Shown in pieces: positions 46,060 through 56,061 of a stretch of DNA of 64,000 bases (position 1 is its first letter; the number at the start of each line of letters is the position of its first letter). Source of the stretch: an uncultured Aminicenantes bacterium (GTDB lineage: Bacteria > Acidobacteriota > Aminicenantia > UBA2199); assembly GCA_965195285.1 (NCBI GenBank), contig CBDAFS010000031.1:4371-68370 (forward strand), written 5' to 3'. The position numbers were made by a program, and so were the translations under genes. The notes under the pieces are model-generated. The model saw only the letters and a program-made list of their open reading frames with translations, was not told where the DNA came from and searched no databases.

Positions 46060-47079
46060 ATGATACATAGAATTATCATATTGGGTTTTGGTACGGTCGG
46101 GCAGGGTTTGGCTGAAATATTAATGTCAAAAAGAGATTTCTTGAAGAAGAAATACGGATTTGAATTTGAAGTGGTAGGCATCAGTGACCTGATGTGGGGC
46201 ACGGTTTACAATCCGGACGGATTGAATCTGGAGAACCTGCTGGCCTCGGTTCAGTCAGAAACAAAATTTTCGCAGGATGTGAAAGACTGGGATGGTATGA
46301 CCCTGATCAAGGAATCCAACGCAACTGTTCTTTGTGAGTTGACTTTTACCAATCTTGAATCCGGAGAGCCGGCCATCTCGCATTGTAAAACCGCTTTTCA
46401 AAACGGGAAACATGTGGTAACCAGCAATAAAGGTCCGGCTGCCCTGGCCTACCGGGAGATGAAATCCCTGGCAGCTGAAAAAGGGGTAGATTTTTTCATT
46501 GAAGGTACGGTCATGAGCGGAACCCCGGTGTTGAATCTTGCCGATGGTCCATTGGCCGGATGTGAGGTGTCCAAAGCCCGGGGTATTCTGAATGGAACCA
46601 CCAACTACATCCTTACCCAGATGGAAATTGGTATGAGCTATGATGAGGCACTGAAAAAGGCCCAGGAACTCGGTTATGCCGAGGCTGATCCCGCCGGCGA
46701 TGTGGAAGGATACGATGCCAGGGGCAAGGTGACCATCCTGGCCAATGCGGTCATGGATGCCTCATTGCGCATCTCCGATGTCCAATGTCAGGGAATCACC
46801 CGTATTTCAGCCGATGACATCGAAAAGGCCCGGGAAAAGAAATCACGCTGGAAGTTAATCGGTTCTGTGGAAAAGAAGAACGGGACGATTACCGCTTCTG
46901 TATCACCGGAAATGGTACCCATGACCCATCCCCTTGCCGGTATTATGGGGGCCACCAATGCCATTACCTTTTCCACCGATTTAATGGGCGATATCACTGT
47001 GGTCGGGGCCGGAGCCGGTAAAATTGAAACCGGATATTCGATTTTAACCGATCTTCTGAGAATTCATCGTTCAGCCTGA
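46060..47079 (+). CDS. hom: Homoserine dehydrogenase (short form without ACT domain)
   Basis: ORF open from TTG 46042. ATG 46060 lies 6 nt after AAGGAGG. Motifs are IIILGFGTVGQG (NAD fold), VVTSNKGP, ILNGTTNYILT and AQELGYAEADPAGDVEGYDA. Confidence 0.85.
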   Translation: MIHRIIILGFGTVGQGLAEILMSKRDFLKKKYGFEFEVVGISDLMWGTVYNPDGLNLENLLASVQSETKFSQDVKDWDGMTLIKESNATVLCELTFTNLESGEPAISHCKTAFQNGKHVVTSNKGPAALAYREMKSLAAEKGVDFFIEGTVMSGTPVLNLADGPLAGCEVSKARGILNGTTNYILTQMEIGMSYDEALKKAQELGYAEADPAGDVEGYDARGKVTILANAVMDASLRISDVQCQGITRISADDIEKAREKKSRWKLIGSVEKKNGTITASVSPEMVPMTHPLAGIMGATNAITFSTDLMGDITVVGAGAGKIETGYSILTDLLRIHRSA

Positions 47080-47198
47080 AATTGACAAACCGGTTCGAAT
47101 TGCCTATGATATTCAGGTATAGGTATAGTAGAGGCAAGTTCGGATCAGAAAGTTGTTCCCAATCAGAATTTCATTACCGGGTTTCAAGAGAATCATAA

Positions 47199-49190
47199 AT
47201 GAATAATAGCTCAAAAAAGAGCACACAAAAATCCAAAAAGTCAGAGGTTAGCATACTGGAGCTTCAGGCGGAGAACAAGAGGCTCCAAGAGGCCCTGCAG
47301 GAAATCACAGATCTGTACCAGGTGCTCCTGGAGACCTTTCCGGATGCCGTAACCATGAGTGATCTGGAAGGGAAAATTACCCAGGTTTCGCAAAAGACCC
47401 TGGAACTGCATGGATTCGATAGCATTGATGATATGATTGATAAATATGTGCTGGATTTCATTGATCCCGATGATCATGAGATGGTTACAGAAAAAATGAT
47501 GAAGGGGCTTGAGAAGGGTTTGGTGAGAAGCTTGGAATACAAGCTGGTACGAAAAGACGGGAGCCGGTTTCATGGAGAATCGAATGTGGCCCCGGTTAGG
47601 GATCCGGAAGGAAATGTCAAAGCCTATATTGCCACGACCCGGGATGTTAGTAAACGAAAGTCTCTCGAACGATCATTCAAAGACAGTGAAGAGCGGTATC
47701 GGCAGTTGATTGAATCCCAGAATGATGGCATTTATCTGTTGTTCAACCGTAAATTTGAAATCATCAATAAGAAGTTCAGTGATATGTTTAAGCTGACCCT
47801 GGAGGATGTGAATGACCCGGATTTCGATTTCATTGACCTGGTTTCCCCCAAGAGCCGTTTTTTGGTTGAAGACCGGGTCAAAAAATTAGCTCAGGGAATC
47901 AAGCTGGAACCGAAATATGAATTTACCGCCCTTTCCAGGGATAATAAAGAAATCGAAGTGGAAGCCTCGGTTTCCTATATCAAGTACAAAGACGGTATCG
48001 GGGTTCTGGGCATTGTTCGGGACATTTCAGAACGAAAGCAGCTGGAAAAACAATTGCTTCAGGCCCAGAAACTTGAAGGTATCGGCAGGCTGGCCGGGGG
48101 AATTGCTCATGACTTTAACAATATACTCACTTCGATAATCGGCTATGTGGGCCTGATCAATATAAAAATTCCGGTTGATGATCCCTGCCGGGATTACGTC
48201 AAGCAAATTCTAAAGGCTTCGGATCGGGCCACCACCCTGGTCCAGCAACTTTTAGCCTTTAGCCGGAAAGCCATTACCAAGCCCCGGGTAATCAATCTCA
48301 ATACGGTCATCAAGAACTTTTCCAAAATGTTGCAGCGAATACTGGGAGAGGATATTGAGTTTGAGTTTATTTCCGGACCGGATATCGACAACATCAAGGC
48401 GGATCCGGTTCAAATCGAACAGATTATCATGAACCTGGCTGTTAATTCCCGGGATGCCATGCCCCAGGGTGGAAAACTCAGTATTGAGACCCAAAATTGC
48501 CTGCTGGATGAGAAATATGTCCACAAGTATCCTTATGTAAAAGCGGGCCCCTATGTTTTGTTGATGTTCAGTGATACCGGTTCTGGCATGAATGAGGAAA
48601 CCCTTTCCAAGATTTTTGAACCTTTCTTTACCACCAAGACCAATGGGGAAGGAACCGGGCTTGGGCTCTCTATGGTGTATGGAATTACCAGGCAAAGCGG
48701 CGGTCATATTACCTGTTACAGTGAGGTTGATCAAGGAACCATCTTCAAGATTTATCTTCCCCTGGTGGATGAACCGGCTGATTATGTTGCCAGCTCCCCG
48801 GAGCTGGCGGTGTTTCCAACCGGAACTGAGAGCATCCTGGTGGTGGAAGATGACATGACGGTTCGTGAAATGATAGTGGATATCCTGACCCAGAGCGGTT
48901 ATCAGGTTCTGGTGGCCAGCAGCGGAAATGAAACCCTTTCCATCTGGGAGAGAAAGGCCAATGAGATTGATTTGCTGATTACCGATATGGTCATGCCGGG
49001 CATGAGCGGAAGCGAGCTGGCCAAACGCTTATCTCAAAAAAAACCCCAGCTGAAAGTGCTTTACATGTCCGGTTATGCACGTCGTGCCATTTCTCAGTAT
49101 GATATGGAAGGGGAAGATATTGCTTTTATTCAAAAACCGTTTAATGCAACTGATTTAACCATAAAAATCAGAGAAGTTCTGGATACTTGA
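47199..49190 (+). CDS. PAS-domain hybrid sensor histidine kinase (two PAS, HisKA, HATPase and receiver domains)
   Basis: 663-aa ORF with H-box IAHDFNNILTSIIGY, G-boxes DTGSGM and GTGLGLSMVYG, and a C-terminal receiver (ILVVEDD...DLLITDMVMPGMSG...K). Confidence 0.9.
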   Translation: MNNSSKKSTQKSKKSEVSILELQAENKRLQEALQEITDLYQVLLETFPDAVTMSDLEGKITQVSQKTLELHGFDSIDDMIDKYVLDFIDPDDHEMVTEKMMKGLEKGLVRSLEYKLVRKDGSRFHGESNVAPVRDPEGNVKAYIATTRDVSKRKSLERSFKDSEERYRQLIESQNDGIYLLFNRKFEIINKKFSDMFKLTLEDVNDPDFDFIDLVSPKSRFLVEDRVKKLAQGIKLEPKYEFTALSRDNKEIEVEASVSYIKYKDGIGVLGIVRDISERKQLEKQLLQAQKLEGIGRLAGGIAHDFNNILTSIIGYVGLINIKIPVDDPCRDYVKQILKASDRATTLVQQLLAFSRKAITKPRVINLNTVIKNFSKMLQRILGEDIEFEFISGPDIDNIKADPVQIEQIIMNLAVNSRDAMPQGGKLSIETQNCLLDEKYVHKYPYVKAGPYVLLMFSDTGSGMNEETLSKIFEPFFTTKTNGEGTGLGLSMVYGITRQSGGHITCYSEVDQGTIFKIYLPLVDEPADYVASSPELAVFPTGTESILVVEDDMTVREMIVDILTQSGYQVLVASSGNETLSIWERKANEIDLLITDMVMPGMSGSELAKRLSQKKPQLKVLYMSGYARRAISQYDMEGEDIAFIQKPFNATDLTIKIREVLDT

Positions 49191-49208
49191 TTTCAGGTAT
49201 AGATAAGA

Positions 49209-50456
49209 ATGAAGATTGAATTACCGTATCACCGCCATCGTATTTCGATTGAAATACCCGATGGTATTCAAACCGAGATCGTAACTGCCAGAGAACATGC
49301 CTCCCGGGTCCAATCTGACCTTTTCCGTCAGGCACTGGCCAATCCGCTCAATTCGGTTTCGGTCGAAGCGTTCATGAATTCCGGGAAGGAATGTTTATTT
49401 ATCATCAATGATGCCACCCGGCCCACTCCGACTGCAGTTGTGCTGGAATCAGTTTATGACATCATAAGGGATAAGGATATCAAATTCATGATTGCCACCG
49501 GAACCCATCGTTCTCCCACCCTGAAGGAATTGCAGGATATTATGGGGCGTTTTTATTTGGAATTCAAAGACTGTATTCTCATCCATGATGCCCGGAACGA
49601 AGATGAATTGGTAAAGGCGGGTCATTCCCGGGCCGGGCATGAGATATGGATAAACCGTCATGTTCATCAGGCCCGGAAACTGGTGGTCATCAATTCTGTA
49701 GAGCCCCATTATTTTGCCGGATACACCGGAGGGAGAAAGTCCTTTTTCCCGGGTATTGCCGGATATCATACCATTGAACAGAACCATAGATTCGCCATGA
49801 GCCAGGATTCCTGTTCCCTGAAACTGAGGGGAAATCCGGTTCATGAAGATATGGTTGATTCCCTGCGTTGTCTGGGGGATAAAGATATATTTTCGATTCA
49901 GACCGTGCTGGATCTCAAAAACAATATCTTTGCCGTCACTGCGGGTCATATCCATGATTCTTTTATGGCAGCCGTTAGAGAGGCGGAATCGATTTTTTCC
50001 GTAAAAGTCCGGAACCAGTCGGATATTGTGATTGCCGTGGTGCTTCCCCCCAAAGATATCAATCTGTATCAGGCTCAGAATTCTCTTGAAAATGCAAAAT
50101 TAATATTAAAAGACGGAGGGATTCTTATTCTGGTCTCATCCTGCCGGGAGGGAATAGGTCCTTCGGCATTTTTTGATTTATTGTCCGGATCCAACACCCC
50201 TCAGGATGTTCTGAAGACGGTTGAGAGCGGGTATAAACTCGGATACCACAAAGCGGTCAAGATTGCTCAGACCTTGGCACGGGCTGAAATCTGGGGGGTC
50301 ACCGAACTGCCGGAATCCCAACTGGAATCTATATTCATCCGTTCGTTTCATTCCCTGCAGGAGGCTGTGGGTCAGGCTGTTCAGAGCCAGGGCAGCCGGT
50401 CCAGTATGACCGTGTTGATGGATAGTGACCGGGCGGTTCCGGTGATAGGACCATGA
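49209..50456 (+). CDS. LarA-like (lactate racemase family / DUF2088) nickel-pincer-dependent enzyme homologue
   Basis: 415-aa ORF with IINDATRPTP, ATGTHR and HYFAGYTGGRKSFFPGIA, which match the LarA N-terminal domain signature. Confidence 0.8.
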   Translation: MKIELPYHRHRISIEIPDGIQTEIVTAREHASRVQSDLFRQALANPLNSVSVEAFMNSGKECLFIINDATRPTPTAVVLESVYDIIRDKDIKFMIATGTHRSPTLKELQDIMGRFYLEFKDCILIHDARNEDELVKAGHSRAGHEIWINRHVHQARKLVVINSVEPHYFAGYTGGRKSFFPGIAGYHTIEQNHRFAMSQDSCSLKLRGNPVHEDMVDSLRCLGDKDIFSIQTVLDLKNNIFAVTAGHIHDSFMAAVREAESIFSVKVRNQSDIVIAVVLPPKDINLYQAQNSLENAKLILKDGGILILVSSCREGIGPSAFFDLLSGSNTPQDVLKTVESGYKLGYHKAVKIAQTLARAEIWGVTELPESQLESIFIRSFHSLQEAVGQAVQSQGSRSSMTVLMDSDRAVPVIGP

Positions 50457-50626
50457 AAACCGAGAAATCTCCAAACCCTGTCAGCCTGGAATATGATTAT
50501 GTGATCATCGGATCCGGTTTCGGGGGAAGTGTATGTGCACTCCGACTCCAAAAATGTCTGCTATTGAGTCCAGAAGTTAAGGGTCAGGTTTTTTTGATCA
50601 TAACAGGCATAGCTGAATGATCGAAT
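50453..50626 (+). pseudogene. Truncated N-terminal remnant of a GMC/FAD-dependent oxidoreductase
   Basis: ATG 50453 overlaps the larA-like stop (ATGA). It encodes MKTEKSPNPVSLEYDYVIIGSGFGGSVCALRLQK, a classic GMC/cholesterol-oxidase-type FAD fold. Similarity then ends, and the frame runs antisense into the lpxH 3' end and stops after 57 codons. Confidence 0.5.
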
Positions 50627-51289
50627 CCAGTCTCCGCAGTTTATATAAATTTTTTCACCGGTTTCCCGGATCATGGGAATATGGAGGTGTCCCAGAATCA
50701 CGTAATCAAATCCTTCTTCAAACTTATCCCGGGCAAACTGGAAATATTCTTCACTCCAGGAGGATTTTTTTTTGGATGGGAAGCTCCGACTGGAAACGGA
50801 GATCCATTTGGCCATTTGTATGCCAAAGTCTGCCGGGACGAACGTTTTGTACAAAAAAATGGATGCCGGGTTGCGAATGATTTTTTTTAAAAACCGGTAT
50901 CCCCGGTCATTCCTGGCCAAGCCGTCGCCGTGGGCAACAAAAAAACGTTTGTGGTTCAGGGTGAATTCACTGGACTCCGAATGACAGACCAGCCCAATTT
51001 CCTTTTGCAGGTATTCTCCCAGATAGAAATCATGGTTGCCCTTGATTAAATTGATTGTGATTCCGGCTTCGGTCATTTTCCTGAAGCGGTGCAAAAATGG
51101 GAACCAGTACTTGGGAATCACGTGGTACCACTCGAACCAGAAATCAAAAAGATCCCCCAGGATATACAGTTCTCGGGCATCTTTTTCAATATGCTCCAAA
51201 AAGGCATGAAGGTTTATCCTTTTCAGTTGTTCATTTTCACTGTTTTCAAAACCCAGATGAATATCTGAAATAAAGTAAATGTTGTTCAT
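50561..51289 (-). CDS. lpxH: UDP-2,3-diacylglucosamine diphosphatase
   Basis: 242-aa ORF with calcineurin-like motifs ISDIHLG, ILGDLFDFWFEW, GNHDF and AHGDG, in the LpxH arrangement. Confidence 0.8.
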   Translation of the reverse strand: MNNIYFISDIHLGFENSENEQLKRINLHAFLEHIEKDARELYILGDLFDFWFEWYHVIPKYWFPFLHRFRKMTEAGITINLIKGNHDFYLGEYLQKEIGLVCHSESSEFTLNHKRFFVAHGDGLARNDRGYRFLKKIIRNPASIFLYKTFVPADFGIQMAKWISVSSRSFPSKKKSSWSEEYFQFARDKFEEGFDYVILGHLHIPMIRETGEKIYINCGDWIRSFSYACYDQKNLTLNFWTQ

Positions 51290-51326
51290 GGGGATTGTGT
51301 GTCGGCTAGGAGCAAGATCGTTGTTT

Positions 51327-51887
51327 TCAAGAATTTATCTTTTTTAGAATATCATCGGCATTCTTGGAGTTTTTCAATTCAGTGAAAATGGAAGGCCATT
51401 TTTCCTGAACATCCAGAATAAAGTCAATCACTTCCCTGACTGCTCCTCTTCCGCCGTAGCGCTTGGCAATATAATGGGAAATACGCTTGATTAGAGGATG
51501 AGCATCCCCGACTGCTGCGGAAAAACCCACCATGCCCATGACTTCTGCATCTCCGATATCATCACCGATGTAGGCCACTTCCTCTTTTTTTAACTGATAC
51601 TTTTCCAACAATTGATTGAAGGGAATGCACTTGTTGGTAGACCCCTCAAAGTAATCATCAATTTGAAGTTCCTCGGCGCGCCTTTTCACTGCTTCTGAGG
51701 ACTTCCCTGATATGATGGCGGTCTTAATTCCGGCCAGGCCGGCAAATATGATACCGGTTCCATCCTTGACATCGAAAGATTTGATAACATCTCCGTTGGG
51801 AAGCATAAAAAACCGTCCATCCGATAAGGTTCCGTCAACATCCATGATAATCAATTTCACCTGTTTGGCAAGTTCCTTTTGATCCAT
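51327..51887 (-). CDS. kdsC: 3-deoxy-D-manno-octulosonate 8-phosphate phosphatase (HAD)
   Basis: ORF to 51908. ATG 51887 (MDQKELAKQVKLIIMDVDGTLSDG) overlaps the kdsD stop by 1 nt. Also has DVKDGTGI and GDDIGD motifs. Confidence 0.85.
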   Translation of the reverse strand: MDQKELAKQVKLIIMDVDGTLSDGRFFMLPNGDVIKSFDVKDGTGIIFAGLAGIKTAIISGKSSEAVKRRAEELQIDDYFEGSTNKCIPFNQLLEKYQLKKEEVAYIGDDIGDAEVMGMVGFSAAVGDAHPLIKRISHYIAKRYGGRGAVREVIDFILDVQEKWPSIFTELKNSKNADDILKKINS

Positions 51888-52846
51888 TATATCATCTCCG
51901 TTCTCCATAAGTCATGCAAGTGCAAAAGTCCCTTGAGATTATTCTGCTCATCCATTACCACCAGTGAAGTGATCAAGTGATCTTCCAATGTTTTCAATGC
52001 TTCAACAGCCAGTTGATTTTCTCCGATAGTCAGTGGGTTTTCGGACATGTTATCCCGGGCAGTGGTTGTGGAGAAATCCACTCCCTTCAACATGAGTCGG
52101 CGCAAATCGCCATCGGTGATAATTCCGATTAACCGGTTTGAATTATCAACCACCAGGGCAACCCCAAAATGTTTTTCATCTATGGTTTTGATCACCGCTT
52201 TTATATTGAGGTCTGCTTTAACGATGGGAAGTTCATGGTCCGAATGCATCAAATGTTTTACTTTCAGTAATTTTTTCCCGATGAAACCACCGGGATGGAA
52301 ATTCCGAAAATCCTCTTCGTTGAATCCTTTTTTTTCCATCAGAGCGATCGAAATCGCATCACCGATCGCCAGGGTCAGGGTGGTTGAGGTGGTGGGTACA
52401 AAGCCGATGGGACAGGCTTCCTTTTCGATGCTGCAATCGATAAACACATCACTCTGAAGAGCCAGGGTGGAGGTAGGAGAACCCACCAGGGTAATCAATT
52501 TGACTCCGATCCGTTTGATATAATTGATCAACCGTATGACTTCAAAGGTCTCTCCGCTGGTGGAGAGGGCCACGACTGCATCGTCATGATGAATGATTCC
52601 AATATCACCGTGCAGGGCTTCGGAGGGGTGTAAGAAGACAGATGGGGTACCGGTTGAGGTGAGGGTGGCGGAAAATTTTCTTCCGATAATTCCGGATTTT
52701 CCCATACCGGTAATAACGATTCTTCCCTTGACTTTGAACAGGATATTGACAGCTTTTTCAAATTCTTCATCCAGTTTTTGTATGGCTGATTCAATGGCCT
52801 TGGCTTCAATTTCCAGAACTTTTCGGCCGGTTTCAACGATGTTCAT
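51887..52846 (-). CDS. kdsD: Arabinose-5-phosphate isomerase (SIS domain plus two CBS domains)
   Basis: 319-aa ORF with GRIVITGMGKSG, HPSEALHGDIG and C-terminal CBS pairs. Confidence 0.9.
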   Translation of the reverse strand: MNIVETGRKVLEIEAKAIESAIQKLDEEFEKAVNILFKVKGRIVITGMGKSGIIGRKFSATLTSTGTPSVFLHPSEALHGDIGIIHHDDAVVALSTSGETFEVIRLINYIKRIGVKLITLVGSPTSTLALQSDVFIDCSIEKEACPIGFVPTTSTTLTLAIGDAISIALMEKKGFNEEDFRNFHPGGFIGKKLLKVKHLMHSDHELPIVKADLNIKAVIKTIDEKHFGVALVVDNSNRLIGIITDGDLRRLMLKGVDFSTTTARDNMSENPLTIGENQLAVEALKTLEDHLITSLVVMDEQNNLKGLLHLHDLWRTEMI

Positions 52847-53658
52847 TAAATTACATTATATATTTTTTTCAACTGAATTAACAGATCTTTCAAGTTTTTT
52901 ATGGCCAGCAGGTTTTTACCGTCAGAGAGGGCCTTATCAGGATCGGGATGAATCTCCATGAAAACACCGTTGGCGCCGGCAACCACTCCCGCTTTGGCCA
53001 TGATCGGAATAAATTCGGGATCTCCTCCGGAGACACCTTTTTCCGCGCTCGGTTTCTGGAGCGAATGGGTGGCATCGATGACAACCGGGCAGCCGGTTTG
53101 TTTCATGATGGGAATGTTTCTGAAATCCACCACCAGATTCCGGTAACCGAAAAAGTTTCCCCGCTCAGTAAGCATGATGCGGCTGTTTCCGGTAGATTGA
53201 ATTTTTTCGATTACCAGGGTCATGTCTTCTGCGGACATGAACTGACCTTTTTTTACGTTTATCGGAAGTCCGGTGCTTCCTGCGGCCAGTAACAGGTCGG
53301 TTTGCCGGCTCAGGAAAGCCGGAATTTGAATAATGGATAATACTTCTGAAGCCGGTTGAACCTGCCAGACCTCATGGATATCGGATAGAACCGGGATCCG
53401 GAATTGTTCCTTGACCCGGGCCAAAATCTGCAATCCCTTCTCAATTCCCGGACCCCGGAAGGAACCCAGGGAAGACCGATTGGCCTTATCGAATGAAGCC
53501 TTGAATATTAGCGGGACTTCGATCTCATCGGCGATCTTTTTTACCTGCTCGGCGATTCGGAGGGTAATGTCCTGGTTTTCAATGACACAGGGGCCCAGAA
53601 TAAAAAACAGTCTGTCATTGCTCAATTCCAGACCTTCGATTTCCCAGTAAGTGCTCAT
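52846..53658 (-). CDS. kdsA: 2-dehydro-3-deoxyphosphooctonate aldolase (KDO-8-P synthase)
   Basis: 270-aa ORF with GPCVIE, FKASFDKANRSS, VKKGQF and DATHS motifs. Confidence 0.9.
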   Translation of the reverse strand: MSTYWEIEGLELSNDRLFFILGPCVIENQDITLRIAEQVKKIADEIEVPLIFKASFDKANRSSLGSFRGPGIEKGLQILARVKEQFRIPVLSDIHEVWQVQPASEVLSIIQIPAFLSRQTDLLLAAGSTGLPINVKKGQFMSAEDMTLVIEKIQSTGNSRIMLTERGNFFGYRNLVVDFRNIPIMKQTGCPVVIDATHSLQKPSAEKGVSGGDPEFIPIMAKAGVVAGANGVFMEIHPDPDKALSDGKNLLAIKNLKDLLIQLKKIYNVI

Positions 53659-53731
53659 TTCAGAATTTTATCAAGTATCTTTCAAAAGTGCAAATATAAA
53701 TTTACCCATTCTGTACTGGCCGAATGACCGC

Positions 53732-55984
53732 TCAAAGTTCGGTCTTCATCTTTTCCAGCTCCTCCATATTCAGCAATATATCCCTCTGATTCTTACTGTT
53801 GGGAGCGGAAACGACTTCCCTGGCCTGAAGTTGATCGATCAATCGACCGGCCCTGGCATAACCGACTCTCATTTTTCGTTGAAGGTAAGAGGCCGAAGCC
53901 TGACCGGTGTTGATGATAATTTCGGCGGCGTCGAAAAAGAGCTCATCCAGATCCCCGTCCTCGAGCTCGCTATCGGCTTTGACATGGGTTTTTATCACCT
54001 GGGTGTTGTATTTGGGTTTTCTGAGTTTGGACAGATATCCAATGACCCTCAAGGTCTCCTCCTCTGATACAAAAGCACAGTGGCAGCGGACCAGGGTGGC
54101 GGTCTTGGGTGGCAGAAACAGCATGTCTCCGCTCCCCAGTAATTTTTCAGCTCCCATGACATCGATGATGGTCCGCGAATCAAATTTGGAGGGAACGGCC
54201 ATGGCAATTCTGGAGGGGAAATTGTTTTTGATGGTTCCGGTAATCACATCGATGGAAGGTCGTTGGGTGGCCAGTATCAGGTGAATCCCCACGGCCCGGG
54301 ATTTCTGGGCCATCTTCTGGATAGACTCTTCAATCTCTCTTGATGCCGTCATCATTAAATCGGCAAATTCATCAATGATGACTACGATATAGGGCATTTT
54401 CTCCTGGTTTTCCAATTTTTCCAGTAACTCATCTTCCACCTGGGTCAGCAATTCAATTTTTTTATTGTATTGCTCGATATTCCTGACCTGGAGCAGGGCC
54501 AGTTGTTTGTACCTTCGCTCGATTTCAAATATGGTCCAATCCAGGGCATTTTTGGCCAGTTTGGTGTTGACCACCACCGGGGTCAGCAGGTGGGGGAGCG
54601 AGTTATAGATAGCCAGCTCCACCCGCTTGGGATCAATCAATACGAATTTGACCTCTTCGGGCGGGGATTTGTATAAAATACTTAAAATGATAGTGTGGAT
54701 GGCCACACTTTTTCCGCTTCCAGTGGCTCCGGCAATGATTAAATGAGGCATCTCGCGCAAATCGGTAATAAAAATTTCACCGCTCTTGCTTTTACCCAGG
54801 GCAATGGTAAGAGGTGAACTGGATTGCTGGTATTCGGGGGATTCAAGGATCTCCCTCAGGTGAATGAGCTCCCTTTTATTGTTGGGGATTTCGATGCCGA
54901 TAGCCTTTTTGCCCAGTATTCTTTCGATTCGGACATACTGGGCTTTGACCACCAGGGCCAGGTCCTCGGACAGGTTGGTCACATCCTTTACCTTAACCCC
55001 CGTGTCCGGTACAAATTCATAGGTGGTAATGACCGGTCCGGGTGTGTATTCCATGATTTCGCCCTTTATTCTGAATTCATTCAACCGGCTGGACAATTCA
55101 ATCTTCTTTTCGTCCAGTTCTTTGTAGTCTATCTTGCTCTTTTTGGTGGGGGCATCCAGGTAGGAAAGGGGCGGGGGCTGGAATTTTTCCAGACTTGGGT
55201 ATTCCTCTTCCAGGTCGGAAAACAAATAGGTTTCTTCGGGAATTTTACTGGGTTTTTTGACAATTTTTCTTTTTTCTTTCCTGGTTAGAAATTCGGATTT
55301 TTCCTTTAAAATCCGGCCGGGACCTGCCTGATATTTTTTTTTGATCCGCTCCCGTTGCTGATTTTCCCGATATTTTTCAATGTTTTTATTTAAAACTGAT
55401 CCGATTTTTTTAAATAATTTGGCTATCAATTGGGACAGGAATTTGAAGATTCGATGAAGGGAAAATTTGGCAATCAGGGCCAGTGAAATGAGAACAAGAA
55501 TGAGAGACAATAACAGTGAAAAAAAAGGTTTTATCTCCGTATTTAAAAAATGGTTGAAAAAGTAACCGATCAATCCACCGGTTTTGGATTCGACATTTTC
55601 TATGATTGACAACGGGTTAATATTATCGAGAAAAGAGGCAAAGGAAAGGAGTAATAGTAAATAACCCAGATTTTTGCTAATAAAATTTTTTATATTGCGA
55701 TTAAACAGAAAAAAACTGGTCAGGAAAAGCAGGTATAAAATAAAAATATATGAAGCGTAGCCGAACAGGTTAAACAAAACCGCTGCGATTTCGGACCCGA
55801 TTTGTCCCCCGTAGTTGGTTACCGATTCCTTGATCGATGAATGAAAGAAACTCGGGTCCGAAGGCGAATAGCTGACCAGACTGAACAATAGAAAAATGGA
55901 AATAAAAAGGGCGATGATTCCGAATATCTCGTTTCTCAGGGACAATTCGTTGCCAGGAACCTTTTCTCTCTTTACTTTTCTCAT
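53732..55984 (-). CDS. ftsK: DNA translocase FtsK
   Basis: 750-aa ORF with N-terminal TM helices, a basic linker, a motor domain (PHLIIAGATGSGKSV, VVIIDEFADLM, ILATQRPS) and a C-terminal gamma wHTH (ASASYLQRKMRVGYARAGRLIDQL). Confidence 0.9.
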   Translation of the reverse strand: MRKVKREKVPGNELSLRNEIFGIIALFISIFLLFSLVSYSPSDPSFFHSSIKESVTNYGGQIGSEIAAVLFNLFGYASYIFILYLLFLTSFFLFNRNIKNFISKNLGYLLLLLSFASFLDNINPLSIIENVESKTGGLIGYFFNHFLNTEIKPFFSLLLSLILVLISLALIAKFSLHRIFKFLSQLIAKLFKKIGSVLNKNIEKYRENQQRERIKKKYQAGPGRILKEKSEFLTRKEKRKIVKKPSKIPEETYLFSDLEEEYPSLEKFQPPPLSYLDAPTKKSKIDYKELDEKKIELSSRLNEFRIKGEIMEYTPGPVITTYEFVPDTGVKVKDVTNLSEDLALVVKAQYVRIERILGKKAIGIEIPNNKRELIHLREILESPEYQQSSSPLTIALGKSKSGEIFITDLREMPHLIIAGATGSGKSVAIHTIILSILYKSPPEEVKFVLIDPKRVELAIYNSLPHLLTPVVVNTKLAKNALDWTIFEIERRYKQLALLQVRNIEQYNKKIELLTQVEDELLEKLENQEKMPYIVVIIDEFADLMMTASREIEESIQKMAQKSRAVGIHLILATQRPSIDVITGTIKNNFPSRIAMAVPSKFDSRTIIDVMGAEKLLGSGDMLFLPPKTATLVRCHCAFVSEEETLRVIGYLSKLRKPKYNTQVIKTHVKADSELEDGDLDELFFDAAEIIINTGQASASYLQRKMRVGYARAGRLIDQLQAREVVSAPNSKNQRDILLNMEELEKMKTEL

Positions 55985-56061
55985 TTTTAAAAAGTATATG
56001 TTTACCCCTGTATTTTGTCAAGTTGTGGCAAATGGTCCGGGTTAGAGGGTCGGAATAGAAA

